Source of the DNA: a virus
Taxonomy: Duplodnaviria > Heunggongvirae > Uroviricota > Caudoviricetes
Virus record (IMG/VR): IMGVR_UViG_2737471845_000007
Span: 1 to 11,589 of that record
Length of the DNA: 11,589 nt
Direction: 5' to 3' (one strand)
Shown here: positions 1 through 6,992 of the stretch, in pieces
Numbering within the stretch: position 1 is the stretch's first letter
Layout of the letters: every line of letters begins with the position of its first letter
Made by a program: the position numbers and the translations under genes
Notes under the pieces: generated by a model
Told to the model about the DNA's origin: nothing
Seen by the model: the letters and a program-made list of their open reading frames with translations, nothing else
The model's database searches: none

Positions 1-471
1 AAGTTTGGCAAACTTCAGCACATTGCTTCCGGTGCGGCTTCCGGCGTGACTGCCGATGCGATCATTAAACTGATTTACACCCTGCGCAAGGCGCACCGTA
101 GCGGCGCGAAGTTTATGATGAACAACAGCAGCCTGTTTGCCATTCGTCTGCTGAAGGATAACGACGGAAATTATCTGTGGCGCCCGGGTATTGAGCTGGG
201 GCAGCCTTCTTCTCTGGCAGGGTATGGCATCGTTGAAAATGAGCAGATGCCGGATATTGCCGCCGATGCAAAAGCCATTGCGTTTGGTAACTTCAAACGC
301 GGCTATACCATCGTTGATCGCATCGGTACCCGTATCCTGCGTGACCCGTACACCAACAAACCGTTTGTGGGCTTTTATACCACCAAACGAACCGGCGGTA
401 TGCTGGTGGATTCTCAGGCGATTAAGCTGATGAAAATTGGGGCTGCAACCCGCCAGAAAGCCGCAGCGTAA
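1..471 (+). CDS. Major capsid protein, HK97-fold family; C-terminal part only (5' end lies upstream of the window)
   Basis: Frame 1 is open from nt 1 to TAA at 469-471; the listed ORF 46..471 is only the first in-frame ATG. The translation (..GFYTTKRTGGMLVDSQAIKLMKIG..) resembles C-terminal regions of HK97-type capsid proteins as I recall them. Its position directly upstream of connector/neck genes fits. Confidence 0.8.
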   Translation, partial: KFGKLQHIASGAASGVTADAIIKLIYTLRKAHRSGAKFMMNNSSLFAIRLLKDNDGNYLWRPGIELGQPSSLAGYGIVENEQMPDIAADAKAIAFGNFKRGYTIVDRIGTRILRDPYTNKPFVGFYTTKRTGGMLVDSQAIKLMKIGAATRQKAAA

Positions 472-483
472 TGCGGTTTTTAT

Positions 484-503
484 GCCCGCACAGTGTTGCG
501 GGC
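484..503 (+). promoter_or_regulatory. Perfect 7-bp inverted repeat (GCCCGCA-cagtgt-TGCGGGC) just after the capsid stop, abutting the next gene's Shine-Dalgarno; possible mRNA stability or processing element
   Basis: Read directly: gcccgca 484-490, loop 491-496, tgcgggc 497-503. No T-tract follows; AGGAG 504-508 and ATG 515 come next, so it is not a canonical intrinsic terminator. Confidence 0.45.
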
Positions 504-514
504 AGGAGTTTCTG

Positions 515-832
515 ATGGCAACAATAGTGGAAAAACTCAGGGCGCAGTGCCGTATTGATACAGATGATGCAACTGATGATGAGTTACTGATGCTGTATTT
601 CCGGGCTGCCTGCCGCAAGGCAGAAAATTTTATCAACCGTAAGCTTTATGAGGAGACGGTGCCGGAGGGGGATCCAGAAGGGGTGCTTATAGCTGATGAT
701 GTTTTGCTGGCGCTTATGTTGCTGGTCGGGCACTGGTACGAAAACCGGGAAAATTCCTCAGATGTCAGCAAGGCACCAATCCCGTTTGGTTTTTCTTCTC
801 TGCTGGAGCCTTATCGTTTTATTCCTTTGTAG
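515..832 (+). CDS. Head-tail connector protein (phage gp6-like family)
   Basis: ATG 515 is preceded by GGAG (504-507) at 7-nt spacing; the listed 437 start overlaps the capsid gene and lacks an RBS. About 105 aa, acidic N-terminal half, immediately after the capsid gene as in HK97-type head modules. Stop TAG 830-832 overlaps the next gene's SD. Confidence 0.75.
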   Translation: MATIVEKLRAQCRIDTDDATDDELLMLYFRAACRKAENFINRKLYEETVPEGDPEGVLIADDVLLALMLLVGHWYENRENSSDVSKAPIPFGFSSLLEPYRFIPL

Positions 833-840
833 GAGGAACC

Positions 841-1179
841 ATGCAGGCGGGCAGATTACGTGATCGCGTAACTATTCTGAATGTCACCACCGTCCGTTCT
901 CCGTCAGGGCATTCGGTGGAGACAATGACGGAGGGGGCAACCGTATGGGCAGAAGTTAAGGGGATCAGTGGGAGGGAGAGAATATCAGGAGGCGCAGAAA
1001 CCGCTCAGGCCACGGTGAGAGTCTGGATGAGATTACGGCGCGATGTGACGGCAGCTTCATGTCTGAAAGTGCTGACCGGTGCATTTAAAGGAGCCATTCT
1101 GAGTATAGACGGTCCACCGATACCGGATGCACGCGCTACCCGGCTTGAAATACTCTGCAGCCTGAAGGGGAATGTGTGA
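841..1179 (+). CDS. Head-tail adaptor / head closure protein (Phage_H_T_join-like)
   Basis: Strong SD AGGAGG 831-836 with 4-nt spacer to ATG 841. 112 aa; size and synteny match head-closure proteins of HK97/SPP1-type neck modules. Family assignment is from recollection, not a search. Confidence 0.7.
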   Translation: MQAGRLRDRVTILNVTTVRSPSGHSVETMTEGATVWAEVKGISGRERISGGAETAQATVRVWMRLRRDVTAASCLKVLTGAFKGAILSIDGPPIPDARATRLEILCSLKGNV

Positions 1180-1625
1180 TGGATTTCAGTCTTGATTTTT
1201 CCGGCCTGGCGGATATTGCACGGGATCTGGAGACGCTCAGCAGGGCAGAAAACAATAAGGTTCTGCGCGATGCCACCCGTGCCGGTGCTGAAGTTATGCG
1301 GGATGCAGTTGTTGAACGTGCACCGGAGCGAACCGGGAAACTGAAGAAAAATGTGGTTGTTCTCACGCAGCGTTCAAAGCGTCGGGGGGAAATTATCTCG
1401 GGTGTCCACATTCGCGGACGGAACCTGCGAACCGGAAACAGTGATAACAGCATGAAAGCCAGCGATCCCCGAAATGCGTTTTACTGGCGCTTTGTGGAGC
1501 TGGGAACGATAAACATGCCCGCGCATCCATTCATTCGCCCGGCTTTCGATACGACAGAGGAGCTGGCGGCGCAGGTTGCCATACAGCGAATGAATCAGGC
1601 TATTGATGAGGTCTTAAGTAAATGA
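1176..1625 (+). CDS. HK97 gp10-family neck / tail-completion protein
   Basis: Start overlaps the upstream stop (GTGATG; GTG 1176 or ATG 1179), indicating translational coupling. The translation (..NAFYWRFVELGTINMPAHPFIRPAFD..) resembles HK97 gp10-family members as I recall them. Stop TGA 1623-1625. Confidence 0.75.
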   Translation: MMDFSLDFSGLADIARDLETLSRAENNKVLRDATRAGAEVMRDAVVERAPERTGKLKKNVVVLTQRSKRRGEIISGVHIRGRNLRTGNSDNSMKASDPRNAFYWRFVELGTINMPAHPFIRPAFDTTEELAAQVAIQRMNQAIDEVLSK

Positions 1626-1966
1626 GGGAGGCCACACTGTATTCCCTGCTGTCTCAGCTGGCCGGAGGACAGGTTTATCCTTATGTGGTCCCGCTGACGG
1701 AGGGAAAGCCTGCGGTATCTCCGCCGTGGCTGGTGTTTTCTGTGGTGTCTGACACGGCATCTGATGTGCTTGATGGTCAGGCTGAATCCAGAATTGCCGT
1801 GCAGATCGATGTCTGGGCGACAGTACCTGATGACGCAGATGATATTCGTGAGCAGGCGCTTGATGCGGTAAGGCAACTGGCACCCTCCGTTATTTCTAAA
1901 ACGCAGGGTTATGATCCTGACTCCCGTCTGAGCAGAGCCACGCTTGAATTTCAGGTAATAGCCTGA
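1622..1966 (+). CDS. Tail terminator / tail completion protein (DUF3168-like)
   Basis: ATGA start/stop overlap with the upstream gene (ATG 1622-1624). 114 aa; the N-terminus (LYSLLSQLAGGQVYPYVVP) is typical of the DUF3168 family found directly upstream of major tail genes. Confidence 0.65.
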   Translation: MREATLYSLLSQLAGGQVYPYVVPLTEGKPAVSPPWLVFSVVSDTASDVLDGQAESRIAVQIDVWATVPDDADDIREQALDAVRQLAPSVISKTQGYDPDSRLSRATLEFQVIA

Positions 1967-1987
1967 GGTCGTTAATGATTTTACCCA

Positions 1988-2013
1988 CCCGCCGCTGGCG
2001 GGTTTTTTATTTT
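1988..2013 (+). terminator. Intrinsic-terminator-like hairpin (CCCGCC-gct-GGCGGG followed by TTTTTTaTTTT) upstream of the major tail gene
   Basis: Read directly: 6-bp GC stem 1988-1993 / 1997-2002, 3-nt loop, T-tract 2003-2013. It sits inside a co-directional operon, so it is probably a partial terminator or RNA 3'-end stabiliser. Confidence 0.55.
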
Positions 2014-2025
2014 CAGGAGACGAGT

Positions 2026-2730
2026 ATGTCCTCTAATTTTGAGCGTTCGCAACTGACGAAAATTATGATTTCGTCTGCACCGGTAACAGCAGAAACCCTG
2101 GATTCTGCCAGCTTTCTTGGGCTGAGCTGTACAATCAAAGAAGTGCAGTTTACCGCTGGACAAAAGCAGGATATTGATGTCACTACGCTGTGTTCTGTTG
2201 AGCAGGAAAATATTAACGGTCTTGGGGCTGCTTCAGAGATTTCCATGTCAGGAAACTTTTATCTCAACGCTGCCCAGAACGCGTTGCGCAGTGCCTATGA
2301 CAATGACACCACGTATGGCTTTAAAGTTATTTTTCCGTCAGGCAACGGATTTACCTTTATGGCAGAGGTGCGTCAGCATACCTGGTCTGCAGGAACCAAT
2401 GGTGTTGTGGCTGCAACGTTTTCCCTGCGTCTGAAAGGTAAACCTGTGCTGACGACAGAGCCGCTGAAAGTGAAGGTCGATTTAAACAGCACGCTGCAGG
2501 TTTCTGCCGGAGCGAAACTCGAAATGGTGGTTGAGGCTGCGGGTGGTGTGCCGCCTTATTCTTATGCCTGGAAAAAAGGTGGTTCTCCTGTTTCCGGACA
2601 GACAGCGGCAACGTTCAGCAAGGCATCAGCAGTATCCGGTGATGCGGGTGCGTATACCTGCGAGATTTCTGATTCTGCAAGCCCGGTTAACAAGGTGACC
2701 TCCACTTCCTGCACTGTAACCGTCAGTTAA
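2026..2730 (+). CDS. Major tail (tube) protein with a C-terminal Ig-like domain
   Basis: ATG 2026 has GGAG (2016-2019) at 6-nt spacing; the listed 1975 start would run through the terminator hairpin. 234 aa. It sits between the tail terminator and the G/GT chaperones. The C-terminal ~85 aa are Ser/Thr/Val-rich beta-type sequence with an Ig-like 'DAGAYTC' motif, comparable in arrangement to the lambda gpV C-terminal domain. Confidence 0.85.
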   Translation: MSSNFERSQLTKIMISSAPVTAETLDSASFLGLSCTIKEVQFTAGQKQDIDVTTLCSVEQENINGLGAASEISMSGNFYLNAAQNALRSAYDNDTTYGFKVIFPSGNGFTFMAEVRQHTWSAGTNGVVAATFSLRLKGKPVLTTEPLKVKVDLNSTLQVSAGAKLEMVVEAAGGVPPYSYAWKKGGSPVSGQTAATFSKASAVSGDAGAYTCEISDSASPVNKVTSTSCTVTVS

Positions 2731-2744
2731 TGAGGATGGGTGTG

Positions 2745-3116
2745 ATGACTAAAAATATCCGTAATCTGGCACTGGCAACGATGTCGGGGTTTCGCCATAA
2801 AACCGTTGATGTGCCTGAATGGGAAGGGGCAACGGTTGTGTTACGGGAACCTTCTGCAGAAGCCTGGTTGCGCTGGCAGGAGATCGTTAAAGCCAGGGAA
2901 GATGATACATCGCCATCTGTTGCAGAGCGTGCCCGCCGAAATCTGGAGGCGGACGTTGAACTGTTCATTGATGTTCTGTGTGATACCGGGCTGCAACCCG
3001 TATTTTCAGAGGGTGATCGTGAACAGGTGATTGCCGTGTATGGTCCGGTGCATGCGCGGCTTCTTCGGCAGTCTCTGGAACTGATCAGTGATGCCGGCGA
3101 GGTTAAAAAAAAGTAG
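2745..3116 (+). CDS. G: Tail assembly chaperone (lambda gpG analogue)
   Basis: Position between the major tail and tape measure genes; ends ..GEVKKK* on a slippery A-run. Start ATG 2745 is preferred (AGGA 2733-2736, 8-nt spacer); in-frame alternatives are ATG 2730 (overlapping the upstream TAA) and ATG 2736. Confidence 0.8.
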   Translation: MTKNIRNLALATMSGFRHKTVDVPEWEGATVVLREPSAEAWLRWQEIVKAREDDTSPSVAERARRNLEADVELFIDVLCDTGLQPVFSEGDREQVIAVYGPVHARLLRQSLELISDAGEVKKK

Positions 3117-3418
3117 CGCTTCCGGGGATGCGTTTTCTGATGATGCTGGCGCTCAGGATGGGGCGCACATTGTCAGAGTTACGTCGGGAAATGTCCGCAT
3201 CAGAAATCATGATGTGGGCAGAATTTGACAGGTTCAGCCCGCTGGGTGACGAGCGGGCTGATATCCGGGCTGCCCAGATTGTTTCAGCTGTTTACGGTGC
3301 GCAGGGGGTCAAAGTACCACTGAATGATGCGCTTCTTCAGTGGGAACAAGAGCAGACAGAAGGCGTCTCAGATCCATTTGCCGGACTGGAAAACGCGCTT
3401 TTAATAGTCTCTCAGTGA
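2745..3418 (+). CDS. GT: Tail assembly chaperone G-T fusion made by programmed -1 ribosomal frameshift at 3107-3113
   Basis: The downstream ORF (listed 3128..3418) is in the -1 frame relative to G and has no RBS of its own. The -1 frame opens exactly at the heptamer (TAA at 3104-3106 in that frame). Predicted junction ..GEVKKK/VALPGMRFLMM.. . Matches the conserved G/GT arrangement of long-tailed phages. Confidence 0.75.
3107..3113 (+). promoter_or_regulatory. -1 programmed ribosomal frameshift slippery heptamer A AAA AAG
   Basis: Read directly: A-run 3105-3112 then G 3113; zero-frame codons AAA(3108-3110) AAG(3111-3113) then TAG. It is the same heptamer class as the E. coli dnaX shift site. 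Confidence 0.8.
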
Positions 3419-3427
3419 GTCAACATA

Positions 3428-3447
3428 ACCGCTTCGGCGGTTTTTTT
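3428..3447 (+). terminator. Short terminator-like hairpin (aCCGC-ttcg-GCGGt followed by T7) upstream of the tape measure gene
   Basis: Read directly: 4-5 bp GC stem with a TTCG loop (3429-3440), then TTTTTTT 3441-3447. The stem is short, so it is probably weak. Confidence 0.45.
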
Positions 3448-3457
3448 CGTCCGGAGA

Positions 3458-6400
3458 ATGAGTGTGGCGACATTACGTGAACTGATTATTAAAATCTCGG
3501 CAAACTCCCGGTCATTCCAGTCAGAGATCTCCCGGGCTTCGCGTATGGGGCAGGATTACTACCGTACCATGCAGAACGGGGGCCGGCAGTCCGCTGCTGC
3601 ATCCCGTGAAATGCGGCGTGCACTGGCAGAAGTGACGGATCAGATAAATACAGCTAAATCTTCGGCACTGAATATGGCGGGGGCATTTGCCGGGGCTTTT
3701 GCTACCGGTCATCTTATTTCTCTCGCCGATGAGTGGAATTCGGTAAATGCCCGTCTGAAGCAGGCCTCACAGTCCAGTGATGATTTTCAGGCATCACAGC
3801 GTGAATTAATGGCGATCAGCCAGAGAACGGGGACGGCGTTTTCTGATAACGCCAGCCTTTTTGCCCGTTCTGCAGCTTCCATGCGGGAGTATGGTTACAG
3901 TTCTGAGGAGGTACTGAAAGTCACCGAGGCGATCTCCACGGGCCTGAAATTATCCGGTGCCAGTGCAGCAGAAGCCAGTTCGGTGATCACGCAGTTCAGT
4001 CAGGCACTGGCGCAGGGAGTGCTGCGCGGTGAAGAGTTTAACTCGGTGAATGAGAACGGCGATCGTGTTATTCGTGCGCTGGCTGCGGGAATGGGGGTTG
4101 CCCGTAAGGATCTGAAGGCCATGGCGGATAACGGAAAGTTGACCGCCGATAAGGTTGTTCCTGCACTGATTAGTCAGCTTGGGGCATTACGTGATGAATA
4201 TGCGGCAATGCCTGATACGGTTTCATCCTCTGCAACCAAAGTTGAAAACGCCTTTATGGCCTGGGTTGGTGGTGCGAACGAGGCAAGCGGAGTGACGAAG
4301 ACGCTCTCCGGTGTGCTGAATGGTATTGCAGGCAATATTGACACTGTGGCAACCGCTGCCGGTGCTCTGGTTGCCGTCGGGGTAGCCCGATATTTTGGCA
4401 ATATGGCGTCGTCTGCTGGATCTGCAACTGCCGGATTAATTACTGCAGCCAGAAACGAAGTGGCTCTTGCGGAAGCGCAACTTCGGGGGACACAGATAGC
4501 AACCGCCAGGGCGCGTGCGGCGGTTTATCGTGCGCAACAGGCGGTTGTTGCTGCTCGCGGTACTGAAAGGCAGGCAGCCGCAGAAGCGAAGCTGACAGCT
4601 GCCCAGGCGTCACTTACCCGTAATATTGCGGCCAGAACAGCGGCACAGACAACGCTGAATAATGTTACGTCAGTGGGGAGTCGTTTATTAAGTGGCGCAC
4701 TGGGGCTGGTTGGTGGTGTGCCGGGACTCGTCATGCTGGGGGCTGCGGCCTGGTACACGATGTATCAGAATCAGGAGCAGGCCAGAGAATCTGCACGCCA
4801 GTATGCCGCAACAATCGACGAAATTCGCCAGAAAACGTCGGCAATGTCGCTTCCTGAAGCGTCAGATAATGAGGAAAAGACGCGGCAGGCACTGGAGGAA
4901 CAAAATCGCCTGATTAGCGAACAGGAAGGAAAAATTCGCGGACTGAAAAATCAAATTGCTGATTATCAACGTTGGCTTGATGAAAGTTCGCAGAGTGGTT
5001 CGGGTGCTGAAATCATCCTTAAAGGGCTTGCCGAAGCAACAAATCAACTGGCAGTTGAACAATCCCGTCTCACTCAAATGCAGGGCAAAGCGCAATCCAT
5101 TCAGGATGTGCTTGCCAGGCTGGAGGAGCGACGGGTGGCGTTGATCCGTCAACAGGCAGCGGAACAAAACAAAGCGTATCAGTCCCTGTTGATCATGAAT
5201 GGGCAGCATACCGAGTTTAATCGCCTTCTCGGGCTTGGTAATGAATTACTTCAGCAGCGACAGGGGCTGGTGAATGTACCGTTACGGCTACCACAGGCAA
5301 CCCTGGATGATAAACAGCAGACCGCACTGAATAACAGCAAGCGCGAACTGGCTCTGTCCCGCCTGAAGGGGGAAGCGCGTGAGCGTGCCCGACTGGGCTA
5401 TGCTGCGGATGATCTCGGCTTTGTGGGAGAGGCGTATCAGACAGCCAGACAGAATTATATCAATAACTCACTGGATGCCTGGCGAAATAACCAGGCAAAT
5501 AAACCGCATAAAAAAACCGAAGCGGAAAAAACAGAGGATATTTATAAACGGCTGATTAAACAGCAAAAAGAACAGATAGCACTGGCAGGGCAGAATACTG
5601 AACTGGCTAAGATGAAATATCAGGTCAGTCAGGGCGAATTATCAACCCTGTCAGAAGCGCAGAAAAAAACGCTTTTGCAGAATGCAGCACTCATCGACCA
5701 GAAAAAGATTCGTGAGCAGCTTGCTGCGTATGAGAGCAGTCTGGCGGACAGTAATGCCAGTGCCCGGGCATCTGACGAAGCGCAGTTGCTGGGATATGGT
5801 GAAGGCTCACGGATGCGTGAACGACTCCAGGAAATGTGGAGTATCCGGCAGACGTTTGAGCAGAAAAATAACGAGCTGCTGAGACAGTATCAGGCCGGAG
5901 AAATTGAAGAAGCCCTGTGGAAACAGGAGAAAGAACTGAATAAAAAATATCTGGAAGAGCGTCTCAGCGATCAGCAGAATTATTATGCAAAGGCCGATGC
6001 TTTACGTAATAACTGGAATGCCGGACTCCAGGAGGGACTGACCAACTGGGCAGACAGTGCCACCGATTATGCTTCACAGGCGGCAGATGCTGTCGTTTCC
6101 ACGATGGACGGGCTGGTATCAAATATTTCCGATGCACTGGCCGGGAATGTTGTGGACTGGAGGAACTGGGGGAGTTCAGTTCTCCGGGAAGTTTCAAAAA
6201 TTCTGATGAATGCAGCCATTGTTAACGGACTGAAATCACTCTCCGGTGCCGGAGGGTGGCTTGGTACGGTCGGCGGATGGATTTCGGGGGCAGTGGCAAA
6301 CGCAAAAGGTGGTGTTTACACATCGGCAAATCTGAGTGCTTACAGTAACACTATTGTGGATACCCCGACGTATTTTGCTTTTGCGAAAGGTGCCGGGTTG

Positions 6401-6658
6401 ATGGGCGAGGCCGGGCCTGAAGCAATCATGCCACTGACACGGGCAGCGGACGGCTCTCTTGGGGTCAGGGCCATTGGAAATGTGAATGGTGGCGGTGGAT
6501 TTGTTTATTCTCCCGTGTATCACATCAGCATTCAGAATCAAGGGAGCAATGGCGAGATAGATGCGCGCTCAGCCAGGGGACTGGTGGATCTGATCGACAG
6601 CAGGGTTGTGTCAATTATGCAGTCATCGCGTCGGGATGGAGGATTGTACAGTGCCTGA
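3458..6658 (+). CDS. H: Tail tape measure protein (lambda gpH-like C-terminal region)
   Basis: 1066-aa ORF in the canonical position after G/GT. It has an Ala/Gln/Arg-rich coiled-coil-type middle, a hydrophobic Gly-rich segment (GALGLVGGVPGLVMLGAAAW) and a C-terminus (..RDGGLYSA) resembling lambda gpH as I recall it. ATG 3458 is only 1 nt after GGAG; GTG 3464 has better spacing and is an alternative start. Confidence 0.92.
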   Translation: MSVATLRELIIKISANSRSFQSEISRASRMGQDYYRTMQNGGRQSAAASREMRRALAEVTDQINTAKSSALNMAGAFAGAFATGHLISLADEWNSVNARLKQASQSSDDFQASQRELMAISQRTGTAFSDNASLFARSAASMREYGYSSEEVLKVTEAISTGLKLSGASAAEASSVITQFSQALAQGVLRGEEFNSVNENGDRVIRALAAGMGVARKDLKAMADNGKLTADKVVPALISQLGALRDEYAAMPDTVSSSATKVENAFMAWVGGANEASGVTKTLSGVLNGIAGNIDTVATAAGALVAVGVARYFGNMASSAGSATAGLITAARNEVALAEAQLRGTQIATARARAAVYRAQQAVVAARGTERQAAAEAKLTAAQASLTRNIAARTAAQTTLNNVTSVGSRLLSGALGLVGGVPGLVMLGAAAWYTMYQNQEQARESARQYAATIDEIRQKTSAMSLPEASDNEEKTRQALEEQNRLISEQEGKIRGLKNQIADYQRWLDESSQSGSGAEIILKGLAEATNQLAVEQSRLTQMQGKAQSIQDVLARLEERRVALIRQQAAEQNKAYQSLLIMNGQHTEFNRLLGLGNELLQQRQGLVNVPLRLPQATLDDKQQTALNNSKRELALSRLKGEARERARLGYAADDLGFVGEAYQTARQNYINNSLDAWRNNQANKPHKKTEAEKTEDIYKRLIKQQKEQIALAGQNTELAKMKYQVSQGELSTLSEAQKKTLLQNAALIDQKKIREQLAAYESSLADSNASARASDEAQLLGYGEGSRMRERLQEMWSIRQTFEQKNNELLRQYQAGEIEEALWKQEKELNKKYLEERLSDQQNYYAKADALRNNWNAGLQEGLTNWADSATDYASQAADAVVSTMDGLVSNISDALAGNVVDWRNWGSSVLREVSKILMNAAIVNGLKSLSGAGGWLGTVGGWISGAVANAKGGVYTSANLSAYSNTIVDTPTYFAFAKGAGLMGEAGPEAIMPLTRAADGSLGVRAIGNVNGGGGFVYSPVYHISIQNQGSNGEIDARSARGLVDLIDSRVVSIMQSSRRDGGLYSA

Positions 6659-6992
6659 GCCTGAAGTTTTTAACTGGATCCCCCGTGAGGGGATGGAGAC
6701 GACACGAAAGCCATCAGTTATTACGGTAAAGTTTGGTGACGGATATGAACAGCGACGGGCTGGTGGTCTGAATGCGGATCTGAAAACGTTTAAACCGGTA
6801 TTTCGTGTCACAGATGAATATTCCCGTGCCGCGCTGGACAGTTTTTTATCCCGTCATGCCGGGATGCGTGCTTTTTTGTGGCGTCCGCCAAAATACAACA
6901 GGACCGTCCGGGTTGTCTGCAGGGAGTGGAGTATTTCGGATAATGCCATGTATACCGATTTTAACTGTACCTTTGAAGAGGTCACTCACTGA
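6651..6992 (+). CDS. M: Minor tail protein M (lambda gpM family, diverged)
   Basis: The translation (..FNWIPREGME..VKFGDGYEQRRAGGLNADLKTF..FLWRPP..) aligns in my recollection with lambda gpM (..FRWKVKPGMD..VRFGDGYSQRAPAGLNANLKTY..FLWTPP..) at roughly 40% identity. GTG 6651 has GGAGGA (6638-6643) at 7-nt spacing and gives 113 aa against lambda's 109; the listed ATG 6606 lies inside the tape measure gene and lacks an RBS. Confidence 0.85.
   Translation: MPEPEVFNWIPREGMETTRKPSVITVKFGDGYEQRRAGGLNADLKTFKPVFRVTDEYSRAALDSFLSRHAGMRAFLWRPPKYNRTVRVVCREWSISDNAMYTDFNCTFEEVTH

Noticed and set aside
191-430. Small alternative-frame and antisense ORFs within known genes (e.g. 191..430, 1136..1453-, 2174..2434, 2806..3030, 4692..4913, 8558..9070-)
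   Set aside because: All are embedded in strongly supported structural genes, lack RBSs, and translate to low-complexity sequence. There is no evidence of real overprinted genes.
437-514. Upstream ATG starts from the ORF track (437 for the connector, 1975 for major tail, 6606 for M, 7620 for K)
   Set aside because: Each extension overlaps the upstream gene or a hairpin and lacks an RBS. The internal starts 515, 2026, 6651 and 7695 have Shine-Dalgarno sequences at proper spacing and/or give homologue-consistent lengths.
3128-3418. Treating ORF 3128..3418 as an independent gene
   Set aside because: There is no RBS before ATG 3128, and the ORF is in the -1 frame of the chaperone gene directly downstream of an A AAA AAG slippery site. 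It is best explained as the T portion of a G-T frameshift product.
5510-5531. A7 and A6 homopolymer runs inside the tape measure gene as possible frameshift or slippage sites
   Set aside because: The preceding base does not give an X XXY YYZ heptamer, and there is no extended open alternative frame downstream. They most likely just encode lysine-rich segments.
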